A DNA stretch of 62,434 nt, the filler included, from Chiloscyllium plagiosum (lineage: Eukaryota): NCBI RefSeq assembly GCF_004010195.1. It is 4 parts of one record of this genome, joined end to end, with 100 filler letters (N's around TTAATTAATTAA, not from the genome) between each part and the next. Parts side by side here need not be neighbours in the genome. Positions count along the whole stretch, not along the records: positions 45,579 to 59,456 come from NC_057710.1; 3 more parts are not named here. One strand, written 5' to 3'. Made by a program: the position numbers and the translations under genes. Shown here one piece after another: positions 48,486 through 59,556 of this stretch. Below the pieces are notes generated by a model, which saw only the letters and a list, made by a program, of their open reading frames with translations, was not told the DNA's origin and did not search any database. Positions within the stretch are counted from its first letter, which is position 1; every line of letters starts with the position of its first letter.

Positions 48486-51400
48486 AAAAATGTGGTGCTG
48501 GAAAAACACAGCAGGCCAGACAGCATCCAAGGAGAAGGCATAAGCCCTTCTTCAGGATTGAAGCTGATGTGCCAAGCAGCTGAGATAAAAGGTAGGGAGG
48601 AGGGAATTTGGGGGAGGGGTGCTGGGAATACGATAGGTGGAAGGAGGTGAGGGTGAGGATGATAGGCCGGAGAAGGAGTGGGGGCGGAGAGGTCAGAAAG
48701 AAGATTGCAGGTCAAGAGGGCGGTGCTAAATCCGGGGGTTGGGACTGCGATAAGGTGGGAGGAGGGGAAATGAGGAAGCTGGAGAAGTTTACATTCATCC
48801 CATGTGGTTGGAAGGTTCCTAGGCGGAAGATGAGGTGCTCTTCCTCCAGGCGTCGTGTGGTCAGGGTCTGGCGATGGAGGAGGCCAAGGACCTGCATGGT
48901 GTTCAGCCATGGGGCAGTTGGGTTGGTTGCTGCGGGTTTCCCAGAGGTGTTCCCTGGAACCTTCCACAAGTAGGCGGCCTGTGTCCCCAATGTAGAGGAG
49001 ACCACATCGGGTGCAGTGGATACAGTAAATGATGTGTGTGGAGGTGCAGGTGAATTTGCAACAGATATGGAAGGATCGATTGGGGCCTTGGAGGGAGGTA
49101 AGGGGGGAGGTGTGGGCGCAAGTTTTGCACTTCTTGCGGTTGCAGGGGAAGGTGCTGGTAATGGAGGTTGGGTCGGTGGAGGGTGTGGACCTGACGAGGG
49201 AGTCGCGGAGGGAGTGGTCTCTCCGGAACGTTGATAGGGGTGGGGGAAAGAAATAGATCCCTGGTGCTGAGGTCTGTTTGGAAGTGGCGGAAATGACGAA
49301 GGATGATATGATGCATCTGGAGGTTGGTGGGGTGGACGGTGAGGACCAGTGGGGTTCTGTCCTGGTGGCGATTGGAGGGCCAGGGTTCAAGGGCAGAGGA
49401 GCGGGAAGTGGAGGAGGTGCGATGGAGAGCGTTGTCGACCACGTCGGAGGGGAAATTGCGGTCTTTGAAGAAGGAGGCCATTTGGGTTGTTCGGTATTGG
49501 AATTGGTCCTCCTGGGAGCAGATGCGGCGGATGCGAAGGAATTGGGAATATGGGATGGCATTTTTACAGGGGGCAGAGTGGGAGGAGGTGTAATCTAGGT
49601 AGGTGTGGGAGTCGGTCGGTTTATAGTAAATGACCGTGTTGAGTCGGTCGCCTGAGATAGAAATGGAGAGCTGAAAATGTGTTGCTGGAAAAGCGCAGCA
49701 GGTCAGGCAGCATCCAAGGAACAGGAGAATCGACGTTTCGGGCATAAGCCCTTCTTCTACTTTCTCTCATAGAAATGGAGAGGTCTAGGAAAGGGAGGGA
49801 GGAGTCTGAGATTATCCAGGTAAATTTGAGGTCGGGGTGGAAGGTGTTAGTAAAGTGAATGAACTGTTCAACCTCCTCGTGGGAGCACGAGGTAGCGCCA
49901 ATACAATCATCGATGTAGCAGAGGAAAAGGTGGGGGTTGGTGCCAGTGTAGCTGCGGAAGATGGACTGTTCCACATATCCGAAGAAGAGACAGGCATAGC
50001 TGGGGCCCATGCGGGTGTCCATGGCTACTCCTTTGGTTTGGAGGAAGTGGGAGGATTGGAAGGAGAAGTTGTTAAGAGTGAGGACCAGTTCAGTCAGTCG
50101 AAGGAGGGTGTCAGTGGAAGGGTTGGGTCAGCAGGAGAGGAAGAAGCGGAGGGTTTAGAGGCCTTCGTGATGGGGGATGGAAGTGTAAAGGGACTGGATG
50201 TCCATGGTAAAGATAAGGCATGATGGTTTGGTGGTGGGAGGTGGGGTCATGGTCGAGGGGGCAGTAGGAGGAGTTGTCCGCAAGTTGGCATCTAGCTTCA
50301 GCGGTGTAAAGATCGGTGCGCCAAACTACTACCGCGCCTCCCTTGTCTGCTGGTTTGATGGTGAGGTTGGGGTTGGAGCAGAGGGAGTGGAGGGCTGAGT
50401 GTTGTGAGGGTGAGAGGGGTGGACAGGTTGAGGCGGTCAATGTCGCGGCGGCAGTTAGATATGAAGAGATCGCAGGCGGGTAAGAGGCCAGCACGGGGTG
50501 TCCAGGTGGATGGGGTGTGTTGGAGGCGGGAGAAGGGGTCATCAGAGGCTGGGCGAGAGCCTTGGTTGAAGAAGTAGGCGCGGAGGCGAAGGTGGCGGAA
50601 GAAATGCTCAATGTCTAGTTGCGTGTCGAACTCACTGATTCAGGAGCGTAGGGGGATGAAGGTGAGGCTTCTGCTAAGGTCTCATCCTTCGTCATTTCCG
50701 CCACCTCCAAACAGACCCCACCACCAGGGATATATTTCCCTCCCCTCCCCTATCAACGTTCCGGAGAGACCACTCTCTCCGCGACTCCCTCATCAGGTCC
50801 ACACCCCCACCAACCCAACCTCCACTCCCGGCACCTTCCCCTGCAACCGCAAGAAGTGCAAAACTTGCGCCCACACCTCCCCCCTCACCTCCCTCCAAGG
50901 CACCAATGGATTCTTCCATATCTGTCGCAAGTTCACCTGCACCTTCACACATATCATTTACTGTATCCACTGCACTTGATGTGGTCTCCTCTACATTGGG
51001 GACACAGGCCGCCTACTTGCGGAACGTTTCAGGGAACACTTCTGGAACACCCGCACCAACCAACCCAACTGCCCCATGGCTGAACACTTTAACTCCCCCT
51101 CTCACTCCGCCAAGGACATGTAGGTCCTTGGCCTCCTCCATCGCCAGACCCTGACCACACGACGCCTGGAGGAAGAGCGCCTCATCTTCCGCCTAGGAAC
51201 CCTTCAACCACATGGGATAAATGTAGATTTCTCCAGCTTCCTTATTTCCCCTCACCCCACCTTATCTCAGTCCCAACCCCCGGATTCAGCACCGCCCTCT
51301 TGACCTGCAATCTTCTTCCTGACCTCTCCGCCCCCACCCCCTCTCCAGCCTATCACCCTCACCCTCACCTCCTTCCACCTATCGTATTCCCAGCGCCCGT

Positions 51401-51582
51401 CCCCCAAATTCCCTTCCCCCTATCTTTTATCTCAGCCCGCTTGGCACACCAACCTCATTCCTGAAGAAGGGCTTATGCCCGAAACGCGATTCTCCTGCTC
51501 CTCGGATGCTGTCTGGCCTGCTGTGTTTTTCCAGCACCACATTTTCAACTCTGCTCTCCAGCATCTGCAGTCCTCACTTTTT
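48486..51582. mobile_element. 3.1-kb Neptune-type PLE insertion with inverted 3' duplicate
   Basis: 48486-50680 on - carries the RT (IKPADKGGAVVV, MGPSYACLF, YIDDCI), Cys linker PCNRKKCKTCAH and GIY-YIG IIYCIHCTRCGLLYIG. 50683-51582 on + repeats the 3' 0.9 kb. 15-bp TSD CTCAGGTAACAATCA. Confidence 0.95.
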
Positions 51583-53534
51583 CTCAGGTAACAATCAGGA
51601 GGCTCTTATCCAAGAGATTTCGCTGACCAGTCTAATGTCTATCCTTGCATGCTGTCCAAACAGAAAGGCACCATAAGGATATACAATGTCATTGGTACTT
51701 ACATGGACAATGGTAACTGGAGTCTCTCTGTCCAACCCTGAACAGATGCCCCAACCCCAGCACCAAGTAAGCAAGATAGCTTTCTGGATTCAAGCTCTTG
51801 GCTGCACAGAACGGTGTCTATGTCCCTCACTGTACTATCCCCTACTGTCAGTCCATTCCTCTTGCTTTCCCTGCATGAATGGTTTCCTGTACCACATTGT
51901 AGTGGTCAATTTTTTTCATCCACCTTGCACCCTTCACTCTCTCATCCAAACAAGAAGAAGGAACCCAAAACTTCGGCAAATTATAAAGGCAGATGTTCCC
52001 ATATTCTTGCCTTCCGGGTTCCCTTGACTTCCTCTCAGTTACTCCCTCCTTTCCCTGACCATTGACCAAAAGAGAAGACCCCATCATAAGGGGAAAAGAT
52101 ATATTACAAAACAGATGGGCAGAAAGAGTGAAAAGGTCTGAGTATTGTTATAAAAAGTGAGGGAAAGACAGTAATTTGAATGCATGGTAACCAATCTGTT
52201 CAGGTGCATTCCTCAAGGTTAACTATTAATGAATTCACACTGACAGAACGGGAACAAGATACAGAAAGTGATGAAACACTGCACCCTGAATCTGTACTGT
52301 ATACCCCAATCAAACCTTGAATTTACCCTGTCACCTTCATTGTCACCACTTCAACACGTACCTCTGGCTTTCCTGCTGAGCCTGAACTCTCCCACCTCCT
52401 TATTGGCAATGAGACCCCACATTCTCCTGCAGACCCACCCTCCCCACACTCTCCGAAGCAATCAACACATAGATTCCCAGGATTGTATTGACTTCAGACC
52501 ACTGATTGTATTGAGTTCAACCAACAGCCCTTAGACATGGCTGACCAGAGCCTTGACCACTATCTTTGCAGCTCCCCAGTCAGAATTATGTGATTGCCCT
52601 GATTGCTTGTGATGCCCAACAGGCCTAACCATCAACTACTCCCTGGACTGTGCTCAGATATATCCCCAAACATGACCAGTGCAAGCATACAAATGACCAT
52701 CGCCAAGCCCCCGGACTGTGTGCAGACTGTGCCCTTGACTGATGGGACCAGGCCCCTGAGGGACAACAGTCCCCTTCCTTTGTTGTACTGAGGACTAGCT
52801 CCCAATCACTTCCATTTTTTTGAAAAAGTCCAATGTATTTGCCACGCTGGCAATTGGCATATGCTGCGGGTTTCTGATTGACATCTTGGTGTGCCTCCAC
52901 ATCACAACCCACAATGGACAGATGACTCCTGTCAAGTAGCCTGTCTGTATGTCTACATGAAAAAGTATGTCAAGATGGCAGTGCTAAAAGCCTTTAGGGT
53001 CTGCCTGAAGTGGCAGTGTGCTACCAGGCACAGAAGCTACATGCATGCAGATGATACTAAGTGAGTGAGCTTGATGAGAGCCATGAAACAGCCCTAAAAT
53101 ACAGTCTGATCCAACCTGTGAGCTGGCACCCTGCACTGCACATAATGTGTCCTTCAGCAGCCTTTCAGTGCTAAATGGCAGTGCATCTGTGACGCAGGTC
53201 TCTCGGTGTACACTTCCTATACCTACTGCAAGTGGAATTGGATAGGTGCCATAACTTGAGAAGTTGAAAAGTATCGGATGACAAAGTCCATAGGTGAGGT
53301 TTGTGCACAGTTAATAAGGTCGTTAATAATCGGTAATCCCCCTTCATGATCAACTCACTGCTCTCTAGCGAGAATTTCATGTTTATGCTTGGAATTTAGT
53401 TACAGATGGAGTGTGCAGTCCATGACATTGAGATAGGCCTCACTGGACTTACCTGCATGATTCTTTCACATTTCTCTTCAAAGCCAGGTCACTCCGGCAC
53501 TTTTAAGATTCCAAACATAGAGTTAGATAGCAGA

Positions 53535-53646
53535 CAATATAAATCAGAAACAAAAACAGAATTTGCTGGAAAAGCTCAGCAGGTCTGCTGGCATCTGTAA
53601 AGAAAAATCCGAGTTAACATTTTGGGTCCAGTGACCCTTCCTCAGG
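53535..53646 (-). mobile_element. Solo PLE-type terminal repeat (family B) with CpG-decayed hammerhead
   Basis: On -: CTGAGGA-A-GGGTC-actg-GACCC-aAAAtGTTAAC. Confidence 0.7.
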
Positions 53647-53679
53647 GTGGCTTTTGATCAACTGTTGCACCTGGAAAGT

Positions 53680-54720
53680 GTAGTTTACATCCTGGTAGAT
53701 TGGCCTGAGAGATCTTGTGGTGCTTGTCTTTTACCAGGAGCTGATTGATGTCTGAAATACAGCCACTTCACCTTGGATCTTCCCACTGCCAGGAGTTGTG
53801 GTTATCCTTCAGCGATCTGCTACTCAGGAATGCACACCTCCATCATCGTAGATTCAAGTGGCCAGTGGAGGAGAGGGTTGAGGCCCCGGAGGTGACCAGA
53901 GCCAGGGAGGTGCTAGGTGGGAGAGGCCTTGTCTGGATATTGCCACAGGAATTGGCAAGCTTAGGCAGCAGTGGGCATTCAGATTGTGGGTGATGCCATC
54001 TGTTACTAGCTCGGGACACTAGTTAGAGGATGTTCATGTATGCGGTGGGATCCTGTCTGTGCATATCCATTCTCGGGTCTAAATTCCAATCTCCCTCAGG
54101 ACCCTGCAACCTGAGTTACCTCATGGAAATGCCCTTTGTGTCATTCCGCCTGGCACCAAAATCCTTTTTGTGTGGGTTCCTGCTGCAAACCATCCACTTC
54201 TACCTCTTCATCCGCTGCCTGGATTCATGGATGGGGTTGCTAAGCTGAAGTTCTCCCATTTTCCACCGGGGTTCTGGGGTAGAGGGTATTGCACGTGGCA
54301 ATCATAACCATAAATTGTAGTGATTCACAGACTCCCAGCCGAACTGTTTATTTTGTGGATTCCATGGGCCATGCATATATTGGTGTGGGGAATTGCACCC
54401 TCTTTTAGTTACTTGAAAAATCTTTTGCTGTGCTTCTGGTTGCACTTCCACCCCTCACTCCTGATCTTTGGGCATCCAAAGATGCAGACAGATGTTGGCA
54501 AGTTGGAAGATCTCCTTGTGGGTTTGCTCCTATTAACTACTCCAGATAGTGGAATGTGGAGGGGGTCATCTCTACCAACCCTCTGCCTCTCTTCTACAGC
54601 TACGTTTGTGGCTGGGTATCCTTGGAGAGGGAGCACGTGGTGTTTACCAATGCTATCGCTGCCATTAGAGAGGTGTGCACTGCAGGGAATGTGTTATCTC
54701 TCCTTTCAACTACAGTTTGA
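53680..54720 (+). mobile_element. Tx1-clade LINE 3' fragment
   Basis: FSYLKNLLLCFWLHFHPSLLIFGHP...DLLVGLLL resembles the Tx1 ORF2 C-terminus. Confidence 0.6.
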
Positions 54721-55459
54721 TTTAGCCATTCATCTTTCCCTTCCCCAACCTCATCTTTGACACTCTGAATTGCCCTTAATGGGCTTCACATGCAAAATAA
54801 TCAATTGGAGAACATGGGTGATTAATTGGTGGTGATTGAGAGGTGACAAAATACTACGGGTGATTTGGTGATGGGAGAAAAGAACATTCAGTTGTGTGTT
54901 GGAGCACTGCTGTATATCAAAATAGGAAACAAAAGGAAGTAGACGAAGGAAAAATAAAAATAAATACATTTGGGCAAAGGGCTCTTGTGGTGTAGTGGTA
55001 GTTCAAGCCTTATCTGCTCCAGATGTGTGTACTAGTATTTCTGAACGGCTTGATGAGGAAATATCTGGTTTAAGTGAGGAGAAACTGCTCAGCAGGATTG
55101 GTAATGAGAGGACATAGATTTTAAAATGAATAGCAAAATAAGCATGGGAGGAGATAAGGCAATTATTTGTCAGACAAATAGCAATAATGTTGTTGGACTC
55201 GTAGTCTCAAAAGTGACCTGATTGTCTGGGGGACATGGGTTTAAATCCCACCACAGCAACTGTTGGGATTTCACTTCCCCTTCTGTTTCTGTGCATAATT
55301 GGTCAGCATCATCTGACTGTTAATTGGTGGTTTGAAAACTGCGTTGTTTTCACCAAGTCAGCATTCATTGTCACACACTTCCTGGCTGTCATTGACTCTT
55401 GACAAGAGATTACCCTCAATACTGTGCTAAACCTACTGGTGTCAAATGACTCACAAATA

Positions 55460-57500
55460 AGAACCGTAAGAAATAGTAACGTGAGTCAGCTGTTCAGCCC
55501 TTTGAGCCTGCTCTGCCATTCAATAGGATCATGACTAATCTGACATTCCTCAAGTTCACTTTCCTGCTTTTTCTCCATAAAACTTTATTCTCCCCTCCTG
55601 TTCAAGAACCCAGCTGTCTCAGCCTTAAATATACACAAGGACTCTGTCCCAATAGCTCTCATTGACAAGGAGTTCCAAAGACTCACAACCCCCTGAGAGA
55701 AGAAATTCCTCCTCATCTCAGATGGCACCCCTTAATTCCGGTAATATGTCCTCTGTTCCTAAACTCTCGCATGTGGGCAAATATTTCCCTGTCAAGCCTT
55801 TTAAGAATCCTGTATGTTTCAATAAGATCACCTCTAATTTGTCTAATCTCTCATGAGTGGAGTCCCAACCTGTTTAACCTTTGCTCAAAAGACAATCACT
55901 TCATACCTAGTGGACCTTCTTTGAACTGCCTCCAATGAAGTACTATCTTTCCTTAAAAAAGGGGGACTGAAACTGCTCATTGTTCTCCAGATGTGGTCTC
56001 ACCAGCACCTTGGACAGTTGCAGTCAGCTTTCCCTACTCATACTCTAACCCTCTTGAAATAAGGGCTAATATTCCATTAGCCTTTCTGTCTACCTGCTTC
56101 ACTTGTGTGCTAGCTTTTTGTGTTTCATGCACAAGCGCCCCTGAGCCCCTTTGTGATATAGTACTTTGCAGTTTTTCTCCATTTAAATAATACTCTGTTC
56201 TTTGTTCACATTTCACATTTTTCTCATATCATACTGCATTTGGCAAATGTTTGCCCACTTACTAACCTATCAATATCTGTTTTTCAACTGTTTGTATCTC
56301 TCTCACAATTTGCTTTCCACCTATTTTTGTGTCTTCTGTAAATTTGGCTCACTCACTTCATTTTTCCAAGTCATTAAAAATATTGTAAACAGTTATAGTC
56401 ACAGCACTAACCCCTGTGGAACACTGCTGGTCACAGGTCGCCAATCTGAAAGGAATTCCATATCCCCATTCCAATTCTTTATCCATGCCAATATACCACC
56501 TTCAACGCCAGAACTCTTATCTTATGCCTTGACCCTTTGTGAGGTATCTTGTTAAAAACCTTCTGGAATTCCAACTACAACACATTCTACCAGTTGCCCT
56601 CTGTCCGTTCAGATTGAGCTTTCCTCAAAAAATGTTAGTCCAATACACTTTCCCTTTCATGAAGCCATGCTGATTTTATTTATTTAGATTCTGATATTCT
56701 AAATGTGTAGCTGTTACTTAATAATTGAATCAAACACTTTTCCAACTATGGATGTTAGATTAATCAGACTATAGTTACGCACGTTTGGCCTTCCTTTTTA
56801 AATAGAGGTGTCACAGAGGCAGTAGTCCAGTCCTCCAGTATTTCTGCACAATCAAGAATTTTCGGAAAATTGCTATCAATCCATCCACTCTGTAGCTAGA
56901 ATGCAAGCCATCAGGACGAGTGCACTTACCTGCCATTAAGCCCATTAGTTTGTTTAATACTACTTCTCTAGGATGGTGATGGTACTAATTTCTTTCCATA
57001 TTCCTTAGTATTAATGAAAGGCTCAAACTATCTTCCAATGTAACCACTAATACCTATCTATCCAATTCCTCTGCCATTTCCTTGTTTCCCATAACCATCT
57101 CCCCAGATTCATTTTCTAACGGACCTATGTTCACTTTGATCGCTCTTTTACTTTTTATTTATTTAAAGAAGTTCCTGTTGTCAGATATTTTTGCTCTTCT
57201 CTCATATGCCCGCGTAAATTATTTCATCTCTTTCTTATCTTTTTAATCCTCATTTCTGAATTTATCTCAGTCTTCGGGGCGTTAACTGATTTTTGCCTCC
57301 TTATATGACTTTTCTTTCAACTTTATGTTCTCATTAATTTCCTTGGTTAGCGATTGATCATTCTTAGAATCTTTCCTCATTGCTGGGACATATTGTTGCC
57401 GTGAGTTAGGCATTATCTCCTTAAATGTCTACCACTGCTTGTTTGTTGGATTTCCTGCTAAAGTATCGGCCTAGTTCATGTAAGTTAACTCTATCCTCAT
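55460..57500 (-). mobile_element. Old CR1 LINE, ORF2 to 3' end
   Basis: YYLNGEKLQS and RKANGILALISRGLEY; degenerate RT motifs further right. Confidence 0.8.
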
Positions 57501-57549
57501 TTCATTATAATTCCCTTTATTTATGTTAGACACAGATGTTCCCAACCAA

Positions 57550-57690
57550 ACTCAAGGAGTAAGTATCACCAACAATCTGTCCTGGTCCATCCACATCAAT
57601 GTTATGGTCAAGAAAGCACACACCAATGTCTCTACTTCCTCAGAAGACTGAGGAAATTTGGCATATCCACAGTGACTCTTAGAATTTTAT
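57550..57690 (+). mobile_element. Rex1/Babar-like LINE RT fragment
   Basis: Translates to GVSITNNLSWSIHINVMVKKAH and LYFLRRLRKFG. Confidence 0.6.
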
Positions 57691-57939
57691 AAACTACTGC
57701 TACCAATGCTCTTTTTCCCCTTCTCTTTTTTACCTCCACCCAAATGGCTGGCAATAAATTGTGTCGTTTACCAATTGATAGGATGTGGAATCCTGCAAGA
57801 GTCTGTTTTGGGTTTCAGCTTTTTCACAGTTTATATCAATGACTTACATGAGGGAAGCAACAGAATGGTAACCAAGTGTGCAAAGGACACAAAGGCATGG
57901 TGGAAAGTATACTGTGAAAAGGACTGAAAGGGGACGCTA

Positions 57940-59456
57940 GATTAGAGTGGTGCTGGAAAAGCACAGCAGTTCAGGCAGCATCCGAGGATCAGGAAAATCA
58001 ACGTTTCGGGCAAAAGCCCTTCATCAGGAATAGAGGCAGAGTGCCTGCAGGGTGGAGAGGATGGTGGGGGTGGGGAGAAAGTAGCATAGAGTACAATAGG
58101 TGAACGGGGGTGGGGATGGAGGTGATAGGTCAGGGAGGAGGGTGGGGGAAGGTAGCAAAGAGTACACTGGGTGAATGGAGGTGGGATGAAGGTTTAGGTC
58201 AGAGAGGAGGGTGGAGTGGAGAGGTGGAAAGGCCCCCAATGCCTCATCTTCACCATGGATATCCAATCCCTCTACACCTCCATCTGCCGTGACCAGAGCC
58301 TCCAAGCCCTTCATTTCTTCCTCTCCCGACATCCCCAACAGTACCCTTCCACCGATACTCTCATTCGTTTGGCTGAACTGGTCCTCACCCTTAACAATTT
58401 CTCCTTTGAATCCTCCCACTTCCTCCAAACCAAAGGGGTAGCCATGGGCACCCATATGGGCCCCAGCTATGCCTGTCTCTTTGTTGGCTATGTAGAATAG
58501 TCCATCTTCTGCAGTTACACCGGCACCACACCCCACCACTTCCTCCGCTACATTGATGACTGCATTGGCGCCACCTTGTGCTCCCGTGAGGAGGTTGAGG
58601 AATTCATCAACTTCACCAACACATTCCACCCTGACCTTAAATTTACTTGGACCATCTCTGACACCTCCCTCCCCTTCCTGGACCTCTGCATCTCCATTTA
58701 TGATGATCGACTTGACACTGACATTTTTTACAAACCCACCGACTCCCACAGCTACCTGCATTACACCTCTTCCCCCATCGGGAGCAACAGATACAATAAA
58801 TGATATTGGTTGATGTGCAGGTAAAACTTTGATGGATGTGGAAGGCTCCTTTAGGACCTTGGATGGAGGTGAGGGAGGAGGTGTGGGCACAGGTTTTACA
58901 GTTCCTGCGGTGGCAGGGGAAGGTGCAATGACGGAAGGGTGGGTTGTTGAGGAGGCGTGGACCTGACCAGGTAGTCACGGAGGGACATGTGACAATAGTA
59001 AATCAAATTACTTTTGATCTCCTTATTTAAGGAAGGCATTTGAAGGCAAGTCAGAGAATGTTTTTTACCACTGCAAAAAATGCCATCCCATATTCCCAAT
59101 TCCTCCACCTCCGCCGTATCTGCTCCCAGGAGGACCGGTTTCACCACAGAACACACCAGATGGCCTCCTTCTTTAGAGACCGTAATTTCGCTTCCCACAT
59201 GGTTAAAGATGCCCTCCAACACATCTCGTCCACATCCCACACCTCTGCCCTCAGACCCCACCCCTCCAACCGTAACAAGGACAGAACGCCCCTGGTGCTC
59301 ACCTTCCACCCTACCAACCATCACATAAACCAAATCATCCGCCGACATTTCCACCACCTCCAAACAGACCCCACCACCAGGGATATATTTCCCTCCCCAC
59401 ACCTTTCCGCCTTCCGCAAAGACCGTTCACTTCGTGACAACCTGGTCAGGTCCACG
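57940..59456. mobile_element. Scrambled Neptune-type PLE pieces in both orientations
   Basis: Terminal repeat with intact hammerhead core on - (58000-58027); RT on + (FTMDIQSLYTSI, GVAMGTHMGPSYACLF, YIDD); inverted GIY-YIG piece at ~58780-58985. Confidence 0.9.
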
Positions 59457-59556
59457 NNNNNNNNNNNNNNNNNNNNNNNNNNNNNNNNNNNNNNNNNNNN
59501 TTAATTAATTAANNNNNNNNNNNNNNNNNNNNNNNNNNNNNNNNNNNNNNNNNNNN
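59457..59556. other. Artificial assembly linker
   Basis: N-run, TTAATTAATTAA, N-run; 100 nt. Confidence 0.95.

Noticed and set aside
48374..50611. Intact or domesticated Penelope protein
   Set aside because: The RT and GIY-YIG motifs are split among frames by deletions, stops and a nested insertion.
18502..58030. Repeated GCTGGAAAAGCGCAGCAGGTCAGGCAGCATC units as a CRISPR-like array or MITE inverted repeats
   Set aside because: They are dispersed with no spacer regularity, have variable long TSDs, and are contiguous with PLE GIY-YIG/RT sequence in longer copies.
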